Below are positions 30,947 to 40,725 of a DNA stretch of 64,000 nt, one piece after another. A program made the translations under genes and the position numbers. The stretch is taken from positions 64,001 to 128,000 of IMG/VR virus record IMGVR_UViG_3300026549_000895; one strand, 5' to 3'. Source of the stretch: a virus. Its lineage: Duplodnaviria > Caudoviricetes. Positions within the stretch are counted from its first letter, which is position 1; the number at the start of each line of letters is the position of its first letter. The notes beneath the pieces were generated by a model. It was given only the letters and a program-made list of their open reading frames with translations. It ran no database searches and was not told the origin of the DNA.

Positions 30947-31784
30947 TATCCCCCATCACTTTTATAAATTCATCGTCATATTTTGTGATACGTGAATTTA
31001 TTTCGTACTTGAGTTTTGTTGATTTTTTATACAGCCGATCAAATTTATCAGGATCATTTTTATACCTCATCATCATTTGTTTGATATTTTTCCGAGCTTT
31101 AATAAGTACTATTATTTCAGATTCTTCTTGGTCTATTAATTTCTTCAATGACTCATAATCATCAGATTCAGATTTAAAGAATTTTGGAAATAATTCTAAC
31201 ACGTCAAGAGTATTGATGATATTAAGATCAAAATAGTTAAATGTGTATTCATTCCATGTTTTAAGTTCCAACATATTAATTCGAATCAATTCTTCAAATC
31301 CATATTTTTCTATATCGGCTTTTACTTGTGCATTATCAAAGTCGATGACCATGCAACCATTCTTCCATAAGCATCCGCAAACATCATCTTCCATTCTTGT
31401 TATAACAGAATCAATACCATCTGGAATATTTTTATCATCCCATTTCATTTGGAAGTATTTGATCGGCTTCGGGTTCTTAACATTCAAACATTTCACAAGA
31501 CCATCTTTTTTGCAAACAAATCCATATCGATGTTTTGATAAATCATAAGGTTTGATTATGATGGACGAATCCGGGTCGTTTGAATTTTTTATTTGCTTGA
31601 GTAATTCGAGATTTATCTCGACTTTATCATCATGCGCGGAAGAATCACATTTCATTACCTCCAATACATGATAATCTCTTCTATTGTATACGCTATGAAT
31701 GTATACGTGTGATCCTTCTTTTAAACGTGGAACTTTGATTTGATCAATTTTTATTGATTCATCTCCTTCAATTTTCATTGACAA
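30942..31784 (-). CDS. hypothetical protein
   Basis: 280-aa ORF. Confidence 0.7.
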   Translation of the reverse strand: MSMKIEGDESIKIDQIKVPRLKEGSHVYIHSVYNRRDYHVLEVMKCDSSAHDDKVEINLELLKQIKNSNDPDSSIIIKPYDLSKHRYGFVCKKDGLVKCLNVKNPKPIKYFQMKWDDKNIPDGIDSVITRMEDDVCGCLWKNGCMVIDFDNAQVKADIEKYGFEELIRINMLELKTWNEYTFNYFDLNIINTLDVLELFPKFFKSESDDYESLKKLIDQEESEIIVLIKARKNIKQMMMRYKNDPDKFDRLYKKSTKLKYEINSRITKYDDEFIKVMGDK

Positions 31785-32385
31785 TACCCTCCTTCTTTAA
31801 TATTCTGAATATTTCGATTTGTTCATCAAACAATTTATCTGGTTCTTCATTTGCTTTCAGAACTTCGGTTTTGTCTAAAGTAATTAATGTCTGTTGGAAA
31901 TGTCTGAAATTTGGATTTTCATCATCTTTCAGATAGAAATTCATCAGATAAATATATGATGTATCATCTAACTTTTGCTGGAATATAAGTTCAGTCAAAT
32001 CGTTATGATAATATGATTGAATCTTATATGGAACATCCAGAAATCGTTCTTTGTTTTTGGATATAATTGATTCATATAATCTATATGGATAAAAGAGTTC
32101 ATCCAGTTCTTCTATACCTAAACTCTTGTGCTGTATGTTCTGTGTATCATCTTTGTTCTCTATCAAGTAAAGGTCGTCTTCATGTCCAATTGCAAAGGGA
32201 TTGCCTTGGACTAAAACAATTTCCCATTCTGTTAAATCATTTTTGTTTATAATCGTATGTGCCTTTTCGTCGCGTTTCTTTGGTTGCTCGAGCATGTAGA
32301 CATGAGATGCCCGAACTTCTTGTACATCTACAAGTATTCCAGCCCATCTATCAACTATGCCACGCCATTTCAGATCATCTATCAT
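31768..32385 (-). CDS. hypothetical protein, paralog of 32471..33112
   Basis: Shared K.L.I.ELDE.FY...YE.IIS.N...FLDVP..FQQK..YIY.M.F. Confidence 0.75.
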   Translation of the reverse strand: MIDDLKWRGIVDRWAGILVDVQEVRASHVYMLEQPKKRDEKAHTIINKNDLTEWEIVLVQGNPFAIGHEDDLYLIENKDDTQNIQHKSLGIEELDELFYPYRLYESIISKNKERFLDVPYKIQSYYHNDLTELIFQQKLDDTSYIYLMNFYLKDDENPNFRHFQQTLITLDKTEVLKANEEPDKLFDEQIEIFRILKKEGIVNEN

Positions 32386-32470
32386 TTATCATTACCTCCG
32401 ATAAATTTATTGTAAAAAATATTAGGGGGGTGTGAACCCCCTAAATTAATACAGTATTACATAATCGAAT

Positions 32471-33112
32471 TCATTTTATAATGCCTTCGTTTTGTAATAT
32501 TTTGAGTATCTCAAGTTTTTCTTCAAGCAATCCTCTTGGGTTTTCCACACCATCAAGAATTTCTGCTTTGGACAAATTCAACAATCTGGAGTACACCTTG
32601 GGTAGTTCTGGTTCTTCTGAATCAGAAAACAGAATAAAATCCATTCTATAAATGTATAAGTCTTCATTTATTTTCTGCTGGAATGTGAATCGAAAACTTT
32701 CTGGAATCTCATTGTCGGGCCTTATTTCAGAAGGCACATCCAGAAATGCTTTTCTGTTTTCTGATATAATTTGTTCATATCGAGCTCGAGTATAAAACTC
32801 TTCATCGAGTTCAAGTATATTCAAACTTTTTGGGTTTGAACATTTATAGTCATCTTCTTTAAATAAAAGAAAGCACATAGACAACTCTGGTCGATTTGTT
32901 GTTGGATCGTCATTATATGTATTGATTTTCCATAATGAAAGATCCTTTTTGCATATCGCATCAAATATGTATGGACGCTCATCTTTGTCAGGATCTTTCA
33001 TAGTCATTCCGATACCTGGGCCATTACTAACATATTTGATAGCTTGAAAATGACGTAATGTTTTTATCCATCTTTCCTGAGCAAATACTATTTTCTGTTC
33101 ATCTGTCATCAT
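32471..33112 (-). CDS. hypothetical protein, paralog of 31768..32385
   Basis: Same shared motifs. Confidence 0.75.
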   Translation of the reverse strand: MMTDEQKIVFAQERWIKTLRHFQAIKYVSNGPGIGMTMKDPDKDERPYIFDAICKKDLSLWKINTYNDDPTTNRPELSMCFLLFKEDDYKCSNPKSLNILELDEEFYTRARYEQIISENRKAFLDVPSEIRPDNEIPESFRFTFQQKINEDLYIYRMDFILFSDSEEPELPKVYSRLLNLSKAEILDGVENPRGLLEEKLEILKILQNEGIIK

Positions 33113-33483
33113 TATTCCCTCCTATCGAATATGCAGAATGGACCACATACATACCTAAAGTTCAGAGATTTCTTTTCCTTGCTCTTCTTTGACTTGGACA
33201 TCAATTCAAAGAATATAACACACTTTCCTGTGTGATGAATATATTCAACAGCCTTTTGTAATTTCAGACCGCTGAAATGCAGACCTGTTACGAAAGCTCG
33301 TAAATGAAAGATATCAATCCTATCATTGTCTGTTATATATTTCTTTTTCAAATTATCCATCAAATTATCAACGAATTTATTGAAGTTTTCTTTGGAAAGA
33401 TTCCAGTCGCATCCTACGGTAAATCCAACATGGTTTGTCGGCATTCCCTTTATAGATACTCGAATATATTTTCGTGTGCTCAT
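33112..33483 (-). CDS. hypothetical protein
   Basis: Translationally coupled ORF. Confidence 0.6.
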   Translation of the reverse strand: MSTRKYIRVSIKGMPTNHVGFTVGCDWNLSKENFNKFVDNLMDNLKKKYITDNDRIDIFHLRAFVTGLHFSGLKLQKAVEYIHHTGKCVIFFELMSKSKKSKEKKSLNFRYVCGPFCIFDRRE

Positions 33484-33944
33484 ATATAATCATCGCTCCC
33501 TTGTATTTGTTTCATGAACTTTTCAAGTTCCTTTCGTTTTTCAATATTGATATCATGAACCGGACCCATATACACTCCGGACAAACGAAGAGTTTTCAGT
33601 TTGTTAAGTTGTGTCTGATTTGGCTCTCCTCGATATCCTTGGGACCATACTGCGATGCATCCGGTTTTTGCACAAAGATATTCACACATGTCAAGTGATG
33701 CTGTCCACGCAGCTTCAACGATTTCTTTTTTCGTTTTTTCATAATTGTCAACGCCAAATCTGCTCATGTAGATTTCGCATAGTTTGTGAGTATGACTTGG
33801 CACAGCATAGAAAATCTCCCCGTTTTCATCAATGATCACTTCGAGATATGAAACGAAAGTTTCCTTATGCGTATTAATATCAAACGGAGAATTCAAAACT
33901 TCTTGCTGTCTTTCAAAGCTCGGTTGTTCCCACATGATAATCAC
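33480..33944 (-). CDS. hypothetical protein
   Basis: 154-aa ORF. Confidence 0.7.
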   Translation of the reverse strand: MIIMWEQPSFERQQEVLNSPFDINTHKETFVSYLEVIIDENGEIFYAVPSHTHKLCEIYMSRFGVDNYEKTKKEIVEAAWTASLDMCEYLCAKTGCIAVWSQGYRGEPNQTQLNKLKTLRLSGVYMGPVHDINIEKRKELEKFMKQIQGSDDYI

Positions 33945-33959
33945 TTCCCTTTATGGCTA

Positions 33960-34391
33960 TTAATATCCCTGTGCGTCCATTATCTTTTGAACAGCCTTTC
34001 TTTCAGCCATACCTTTCTTTGTTGTGCCCGGAAGGACATGTTTGAAAGAGTTAATATAATTTGGTAACATTGCAATGGGGATTAATTCCCCATTGTAAAA
34101 GTTACCATTGTTAGCCGATCTTGGATATGTACGGTATACGCCATTTATATCATAAGCGACATTATCGAGCATCCATACGATATGTCTATCATCTCTTGTC
34201 ATGTATATTTCACCACGACCATCAAAAGCTTCTTTCAGTATTATGGCGAAATAATAACAGAAGCCTCTGGAAAAAACAGCAGATACAGCATCGATTTCTT
34301 CCTGTTGGAATTCGCCAAATAGAGTTGCGAAATTATCAATGAATTCTATTATTACTTTTTTGGATCTTGAAGAAATATGTAAACCTTCCAT
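33960..34391 (-). CDS. hypothetical protein (G.CYYFA..H..YDI.G motif)
   Basis: 143-aa ORF with Cys/His/Asp spacing of a possible papain-like fold. Confidence 0.6.
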   Translation of the reverse strand: MEGLHISSRSKKVIIEFIDNFATLFGEFQQEEIDAVSAVFSRGFCYYFAIILKEAFDGRGEIYMTRDDRHIVWMLDNVAYDINGVYRTYPRSANNGNFYNGELIPIAMLPNYINSFKHVLPGTTKKGMAERKAVQKIMDAQGY

Positions 34392-34394
34392 ATA

Positions 34395-34751
34395 TCATTC
34401 TCCTTTTTCATCATCATTATCAGCTTCGATTATTGGCGGAATTATTTTCGGTAATTCAAAATATTTGATATCCTTACATAAAGCTTTAGCAAATTCGATC
34501 TCTTCTTTTGTTGAATCGCCAATATATCCTCCTTTATTCACAACAAGAATAGCATCGGACATAGCGATCATATCACGATGAATATCAACCAACAGATCTT
34601 TGAGATCAGGACGTTCTTCATTACTGTAATAGCAATGAGGCATCAGAACTATCCAACCCATTTTTGTATATTCTGAAGCGAGCTGCTGAAATAAATCGCG
34701 GAAACGTGTTGAACCGCAAAATGTTATTATTTTTCTTTTATTACCTGACAT
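34395..34751 (-). CDS. nucleoside deoxyribosyltransferase-like (DUF4406-like) protein
   Basis: ITFCGSTRF..SDAILVVN.GGYIGDSTKEEIEFA. Confidence 0.7.
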   Translation of the reverse strand: MSGNKRKIITFCGSTRFRDLFQQLASEYTKMGWIVLMPHCYYSNEERPDLKDLLVDIHRDMIAMSDAILVVNKGGYIGDSTKEEIEFAKALCKDIKYFELPKIIPPIIEADNDDEKGE

Positions 34752-34754
34752 ATA

Positions 34755-35825
34755 TTATTCCTCCTCTTCATTGATATGGTCATATAATGCACCAACGATT
34801 TCTTCCATTCCGTCAGCCAAACTATTATCGACTTTTGAAATTGATGAACCAATGGTGTGAATCATTATTGGCATATCCGGATCTTTTTGTGGTGATTGTT
34901 TGATACATGATTCTACTATCGGGAAAGTATTGTCATCCATATCCTTCATAATACTCTTAATGGTTTTGGTTAAAACCTCGCTTTCCTCATCGGTATAACC
35001 AATTGACTTTCCATTCTTATTACAGAACCATATGAATCCATATCCCGCTAAACGGTGAATCATTTTCAAATTTTTTCGTCTGATTTCTTCGTCGATGCAG
35101 CACATATAATATTCCATGCTGTTTCTATCGATTGTTCCATGCGGAATTATAATTTGAGAAATTCCATGTAATCGACAATGTGGATCTGAATATTGTCCGT
35201 ATTTGTACATATTCATACGAACAAACATATTCAATAGAATTTCAATATTCTCATCTTCGATATATTCCGTTGGTAGAATGATTGTCCAATGGACATATGC
35301 GTGACGGAAGTCCGATGCTTCTTCAGCCATATAATCTGTGTATATGTGATTGATGTAATCATGTAATAATTCGCATATTGAGATATCATTCATATCAAGT
35401 GATTCATTCTCATTGTCATGAGTCGTTATGAACTCTTCTATTACATGTTTCAGAACTATATCATTCTTTTCATCCTGATACAGAAAAGCATATATTGAAT
35501 CTTCAACACACTTTAACTGTAGATTTGGTGTCTTGACTTCTGTCATATGTTTTGCAACGATATGACAGTAAGTCGTCCACATACTTAAATCGTCCTTTGG
35601 TATTTTTGCACATACGAAAAGACGATTATCAGGCTGAGGATTATACTCAATCTTGTCAGAATTATCTTCCATCTCCCCGTAATCCGTGGAGATTGGTATT
35701 GGAACTATCATTGGTGTGTCTTGAGTCATCATTATTCCATCGATTAAATCTTCTGGAAACTGTAACAATGTATCTACTGTTTGAGTTCCGTTTGCATATA
35801 ATAGGTATACATTTTTGGTGTTCAT
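34755..35825 (-). CDS. hypothetical protein
   Basis: 356-aa ORF with AGGAGG. Confidence 0.7.
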   Translation of the reverse strand: MNTKNVYLLYANGTQTVDTLLQFPEDLIDGIMMTQDTPMIVPIPISTDYGEMEDNSDKIEYNPQPDNRLFVCAKIPKDDLSMWTTYCHIVAKHMTEVKTPNLQLKCVEDSIYAFLYQDEKNDIVLKHVIEEFITTHDNENESLDMNDISICELLHDYINHIYTDYMAEEASDFRHAYVHWTIILPTEYIEDENIEILLNMFVRMNMYKYGQYSDPHCRLHGISQIIIPHGTIDRNSMEYYMCCIDEEIRRKNLKMIHRLAGYGFIWFCNKNGKSIGYTDEESEVLTKTIKSIMKDMDDNTFPIVESCIKQSPQKDPDMPIMIHTIGSSISKVDNSLADGMEEIVGALYDHINEEEE

Positions 35826-35843
35826 AATTTTTTAACCTCCTAT

Positions 35844-36245
35844 TTAGCTAAAATCCATTTTCTGAACAATCAACAAAATATCGGCATACACACTGTGAGG
35901 TTCTGGATGAATGAATTTGTAAAATATTGACACATCCAAAGTTTTAGTATCGTTGATATTATTCACAACGGGTTCGATAAACATTTCATTGTGGCAAATT
36001 GTCATACTTTTGAAATTCTCAATATATGCTGATACAAAGAGTTTCAGATCCGTGAATGTACATTTACTGTCTTCTCGATAAATCTTATCGAAATCGATAT
36101 CGATATTTTGAGTAATAAATCTCTCATATTTTTCAATTCCGAATATTGAGAAATCTTCATCATAGATTTCTATGAAAGGATGTTTTATCTTCTTTGGGAG
36201 AGCTTTTCCTTCATAGATTATTTTGTAATCTTTTAAATTTTTCAT
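35844..36245 (-). CDS. hypothetical protein
   Basis: 133-aa ORF; its SD overlaps a second right-end motif. Confidence 0.65.
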   Translation of the reverse strand: MKNLKDYKIIYEGKALPKKIKHPFIEIYDEDFSIFGIEKYERFITQNIDIDFDKIYREDSKCTFTDLKLFVSAYIENFKSMTICHNEMFIEPVVNNINDTKTLDVSIFYKFIHPEPHSVYADILLIVQKMDFS

Positions 36246-36432
36246 GAAAGCCTCCTGACGATTTGTTTTTCCACTTTCTCGAAGTGTTTACATAAAGAAT
36301 TTGACAGATGTACTTTGGAGCACATCTGTCGATATTGATGTTTGATGGACGTCTTACCGAAAGATCCTATAGTCAACATTTTCCAATTCGTTCTTTTCTT
36401 ATCAACAACGAATTTCATCAAATATTGACGAA

Positions 36433-36553
36433 CTGACGATTTGTTCTTACTCAAGGAATCTATTGATTCCAGACAGTAAGCTATCACCCGGTGTCGAATC
36501 CGGGCTAATTACAGATTAAATATTAATCGTCTTTTTCCTTTTCTTAATATTTT
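36433..36553 (-). ncRNA. TnpB omegaRNA scaffold / element right end, copy B
   Basis: Homologous to 27231..27349 with covariation. Confidence 0.75.
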
Positions 36554-37738
36554 TCAACATAATATACTTAATCCATTGATGTAATTAAATGCATATTGTT
36601 TAAGATTGATAGCAGCATTGATATCTCTATCAATTGTTAAACCACATTCATTACATTTATAAATCCGATCTTTTAATTTCAAATCGGATTTGATATTTCC
36701 GCATTTGGAACATCTTTTAGATGATGGAAACCATTTGTTTGCCAATATCAATTTATGATGTGGAATTCGTTCTTGTTTGTATAATAGCATTTCACGAAAC
36801 ATACCAAATCCATTATCCATTGTGGATTTTCCAAGATGTAAACATTGTGACATACCCTTCATGTTGATATCCTCAACACAAATTATTCTAAACTTCTTGG
36901 TTATCGAAGTTGATAATTTGTGTAAGAAATCTCTTCTTTGATTGGATATTTTCTCATGAAGAACTCTTATTCTTTGTAATGTTTTATCTCTATTAACACT
37001 TCCTTTCTGCTGTCTTGAGAATTTCTTTTGTAGTATTCGTAATTTTTGTTGGTTACTTCTATAATACTTTGGATAGTTGGCTTTATTGCTATTACTATCA
37101 ACATACAGCGAAGATGATGAATAATCAATTCCAAGAATATTAATATTCTTATCTTTATTCTTTTGAATATTATCAATACCAATTGAATATTGGAAACATA
37201 TTGAACAATAATATTTGTTTGTAATGGATTTGGATATTGTAATATGTCTTATTTTCCAATTGTCCGGAATATTCTTTTCTCTTGGATTGTATTTAACCCA
37301 TCCAAGACATGGAATCTTTATTTGATGATTATCATTGTCAATATGACAATCTTTCCATGCGTTATAATTTGAATATGAATTCTTACAATACTTCTTAGAT
37401 TTGAATCTTGGAAAACTTTTTGGTCTTCCATCCTTCCTCATTTTAATATTACTATTCTTGATATTTTCAAAATATCTTGAAAATGATTCGCGTAGAAATT
37501 GTTTTGTATTAGATACAGCATGTCTATCAAAGCGGTATTCTTTATTATCTTTTGATAACCATGAATTTTGTAATACAATATCGCCATAATTAGGAATTCT
37601 TAGTTGACCTTCATCAAATGATTTTATGGATAATTCCAACATTTGATTCCATACAAACCTACAAACATTGAATGTGTTATTGATAATGATTAATTGATTA
37701 TCATCTGGATAGATACGAATCTTTCTGGATGTTATCAA
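36554..37738 (-). CDS. tnpB: IS200/IS605-family RNA-guided endonuclease TnpB, copy B
   Basis: RuvC D/E/D intact; zinc finger; highly similar to copy A. Confidence 0.93.
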   Translation of the reverse strand: MITSRKIRIYPDDNQLIIINNTFNVCRFVWNQMLELSIKSFDEGQLRIPNYGDIVLQNSWLSKDNKEYRFDRHAVSNTKQFLRESFSRYFENIKNSNIKMRKDGRPKSFPRFKSKKYCKNSYSNYNAWKDCHIDNDNHQIKIPCLGWVKYNPREKNIPDNWKIRHITISKSITNKYYCSICFQYSIGIDNIQKNKDKNINILGIDYSSSSLYVDSNSNKANYPKYYRSNQQKLRILQKKFSRQQKGSVNRDKTLQRIRVLHEKISNQRRDFLHKLSTSITKKFRIICVEDINMKGMSQCLHLGKSTMDNGFGMFREMLLYKQERIPHHKLILANKWFPSSKRCSKCGNIKSDLKLKDRIYKCNECGLTIDRDINAAINLKQYAFNYINGLSILC

Positions 37739-37742
37739 ATCA

Positions 37743-37913
37743 TCAATTGTCTCCTTTCTTTTTCTGTTTTCTCATACAAACAATATACATTTGTTTGTAT
37801 TGGAATCGGGGAATATTTGAATATTTTAATCGAATGGCTCTTTCCAACAATACTCGAGCGAATCTGGTTGAATTCTTGATTAAGCCTTTCTTTTTCTTTA
37901 TTCTGGTATTCAT
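37743..37913 (-). CDS. small basic protein (56 aa, MNTRIKKKK...)
   Basis: Below the ORF-track cutoff; ATGA coupling to the upstream gene; two synonymous differences from the duplicate copy. Confidence 0.6.
   Translation of the reverse strand: MNTRIKKKKGLIKNSTRFARVLLERAIRLKYSNIPRFQYKQMYIVCMRKQKKKGDN
37761..37902. repeat. 142-bp dispersed duplication, copy 2
   Basis: Nearly identical to 30805..30946. Confidence 0.95.
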
Positions 37914-38374
37914 TCTGGATGATACATTCCCTTCTCTCCTTTATTATGCATCCAAAGATTCAGTATACCAACGGCTGAGACATTAGATGGTACCCCATAA
38001 TCGATCGTGGCATTAGTTAGTGTGACAAGATTGTATCTTTTACATATCTCACGAGTTTCATCTTTTATCATGTTTGATATACATTCGTGATGTTGGGATT
38101 CTCCAACCTCAACATCGCATATGTAGTCTAAGTTAAAATCAAACATGATTCCGGTTACATTACATATTTCCTGAAGAGCTTTTAAAATATCATATGTTAA
38201 TATAATATCAACCTTTTTTCCTTCTGGGATGGTAGTGTAAATAAGTTGAATCATTTCGCACAAAGTTTTGATGTGCTCGTCAACATTATTGACGTTTGCA
38301 ATATATTTAGCGGCACTATAAACAGTGCCCTCCCTATACATTAATACTTTACTCATTATATACCAGACCTCCAT
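37910..38374 (-). CDS. hypothetical protein
   Basis: 154-aa ORF. Confidence 0.65.
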   Translation of the reverse strand: MEVWYIMSKVLMYREGTVYSAAKYIANVNNVDEHIKTLCEMIQLIYTTIPEGKKVDIILTYDILKALQEICNVTGIMFDFNLDYICDVEVGESQHHECISNMIKDETREICKRYNLVTLTNATIDYGVPSNVSAVGILNLWMHNKGEKGMYHPE

Positions 38375-38786
38375 CTTCCGTCACGGAAATATTCTCAAAT
38401 GGAAATTCTGTAGCGAATGTACTGCAGATTATTGTTAATTTAAAAACCGTAAGAGGAGGCTGATCTTCGTTGAAAAGATTTTTTGATTTATAAACATAAT
38501 CAATATATTTCTTTTTTATCAACACATCTGCATCCATGTGATGGTCGAACAGAGATGAAAATGTTTTGGTTTTTATCCAATCATTTTCATTTTCTGATAT
38601 GATGAGTTTCATAAACTCATTCCAATCAACGTTTTCTTCTTTGTCAATATGATGAGTATTGGTGTGCTTATTTTCGTCATATTGTCCGGAAGTATAGAGG
38701 AATATACTTCCATCTGGATAATGCTTAAAACATATGATTGAATCAATGTTGATTATCAAGTTCTCTGTAAGTTTTTTAAATCTCAT
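38349..38786 (-). CDS. hypothetical protein
   Basis: 145-aa ORF, ATGA-coupled. Confidence 0.65.
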   Translation of the reverse strand: MRFKKLTENLIINIDSIICFKHYPDGSIFLYTSGQYDENKHTNTHHIDKEENVDWNEFMKLIISENENDWIKTKTFSSLFDHHMDADVLIKKKYIDYVYKSKNLFNEDQPPLTVFKLTIICSTFATEFPFENISVTEDGGLVYNE

Positions 38787-39553
38787 TTTTCTTCCTCCTT
38801 TGATAAGCCAAGAATATCATCGATTGCTTCTTTTGTTTCTTTCCTTATTTCATCGATAGCATCTTTGGGTATTGATGCATCAACATCTGGAAAACCATCA
38901 ACAGGAACGCCTTTCTCCCAATTTTCATAAAGTCGTCTCCTCAAATTACTCAGAACATGTTGCATCATATCGTGTCCATGATGAATATTATACCGGGTCG
39001 AATCAATCTCATCATCAAATATATTATCGATGTAAAGATTCTTTCCTTTTATACGGTGAATCTCACCCATGCAATTATGAAGATACAATGCTGCCTCATC
39101 ATCCGTCATCTTCATCTGTGTAGGATATGCAGCGTTATATAATGCTGATAACCTTAGATGAGGCGGGACTCCTTTCCATGAAACGTATGGACTATAGCGG
39201 TCTTTTACAACCTCCACTTTCAGACCTGATTCCGGAAGTGTCACTGCCATGGATTGTGACACTTCTTTTTCGATTATACGTGATCCGGCGACTTCGGAAA
39301 AGTTTTCTTCGAAGAGTCTTTTGTTTATGTCAATTACTTTTTTATCCTGACAAAGTTTATCTGGATTTTGTTCGGCAACTGAACAGATATATTTAATATC
39401 ATTGATTTTATTGAGAATCATATCATCTGAATTTGGTACTGATGAGAAATAAAATGTAAGGTTTTCACAAGTAGTTTTTAACATCTTGCAGAACTTTCTG
39501 AGTTCCTTATTTTCACGAGTTCTCCTCTTTTTTCTTATCCTTTTATTTGCCAT
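38783..39553 (-). CDS. hypothetical protein (NKRIRKK N-terminus)
   Basis: Begins MANKRIRKKRR. Confidence 0.7.
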   Translation of the reverse strand: MANKRIRKKRRTRENKELRKFCKMLKTTCENLTFYFSSVPNSDDMILNKINDIKYICSVAEQNPDKLCQDKKVIDINKRLFEENFSEVAGSRIIEKEVSQSMAVTLPESGLKVEVVKDRYSPYVSWKGVPPHLRLSALYNAAYPTQMKMTDDEAALYLHNCMGEIHRIKGKNLYIDNIFDDEIDSTRYNIHHGHDMMQHVLSNLRRRLYENWEKGVPVDGFPDVDASIPKDAIDEIRKETKEAIDDILGLSKEEEK

Positions 39554-39905
39554 CTCCTTGGGTCTCCTTTCTATATCTTGTCATGAAGTGAGCCTTTGTC
39601 TCATAATGACATTCGATTTTATCGAAGTCAATACCGAATCTCTCTTCGTATCTTTTTCTCACGTCTTCCTCTCTAACTTTCTCACCAAAGAAGTGAGTCA
39701 TTGATGAAATGAGAACATATTTATCAAAGAACTCTTTGATTTGCTCATCTGAGTAACCCAGATTGTCCAATGCTCCGACAGCCATAATGGCTGCGGATAT
39801 AGCGGCTGAATCTACACAGTTTGAGAATACCTCATACTGGAAATCCAGTCTTGTCTGTTCTCTGCACTTCTGGCAGTCAATTATGTTTCTTGCGCGTGAT
39901 TTCAT
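39543..39905 (-). CDS. hypothetical protein
   Basis: 120-aa ORF with AGGAG SD. Confidence 0.7.
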   Translation of the reverse strand: MKSRARNIIDCQKCREQTRLDFQYEVFSNCVDSAAISAAIMAVGALDNLGYSDEQIKEFFDKYVLISSMTHFFGEKVREEDVRKRYEERFGIDFDKIECHYETKAHFMTRYRKETQGDGK

Positions 39906-39956
39906 TTTTAATTACTCCTATCCTATTATAGATTTAATGGAATACTTTAATTCCAT

Positions 39957-39971
39957 CACATTAAAAATATA
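39957..39971 (-). promoter_or_regulatory. putative early promoter TATATTTTTAATGTG
   Basis: Motif copy at the head of a long minus-strand operon. Confidence 0.6.
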
Positions 39972-40081
39972 CATTTATAAAGTCAAAAAGTTATTATCAA
40001 AATAAAAATTTTAACCGCGAAATAAGTTCAAAGAATCAATAAACATTTAAATATTATTTTTATTTAAGGAGGACTTTATTT

Positions 40082-40366
40082 ATGAATGTCATACTTACAA
40101 ATGGAGATATCTCCACATTACCCCAGGAGGAAATTGAAGCATACAAAGAACACGTCAAAAAGAAGTATCCGAATGATTACATTGATGAGTTAATTCTGAC
40201 ACTCGATGGAGATTATGTCAATATGGAAATTCACAAACATGCAAAACCATTTGACAGAATTCGCCGTATAACCGGCTATTTAGTCGGAACTCTTGACAGG
40301 TTCAACAACGGAAAAAGAGCTGAAGAACGTGACAGAGTTAAGCATGGTGTGACGGAGGAATCTTAA
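40082..40366 (+). CDS. stand-alone NrdD C-terminal glycyl-radical domain protein
   Basis: RIRRITGYL..RFNNGKRAEERDRVKH matches the class III RNR C-terminus. Confidence 0.8.
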   Translation: MNVILTNGDISTLPQEEIEAYKEHVKKKYPNDYIDELILTLDGDYVNMEIHKHAKPFDRIRRITGYLVGTLDRFNNGKRAEERDRVKHGVTEES

Positions 40367-40692
40367 TGCCATCAAGAGAAGAAATATTAAAAAGAGATTT
40401 CTCAGAAGAGTTTGTTACAAAAATGAAAAACTCTATCGAGACATCATTCTACAAATATGGATATACTTCAAAGACATATCCAGAACTTGCTCAAGCATAC
40501 AAGAGTATTCGCAAAAGACTTGAGTTGTATGAAGAAACTCACAATACCGAATACCTTGTGGACATCGCAAATTTTGCGATGATTGAATTCAAATATCCTT
40601 CATTCAAAGATTCTAAATATGACCCAAAGGATTCAGACCAGTCTCCGGGTTTGACCGATGGTATATCATATAAAGAATTGATGGGTGAATGA
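40366..40692 (+). CDS. putative all-alpha NTP pyrophosphohydrolase-like protein
   Basis: KYG..RLELY..NTEYLVDIANFAMIEF. Confidence 0.5.
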   Translation: MPSREEILKRDFSEEFVTKMKNSIETSFYKYGYTSKTYPELAQAYKSIRKRLELYEETHNTEYLVDIANFAMIEFKYPSFKDSKYDPKDSDQSPGLTDGISYKELMGE

Positions 40693-40725
40693 TAAAATAA
40701 AACTCCAAAGGAAGGTGATCAATAA

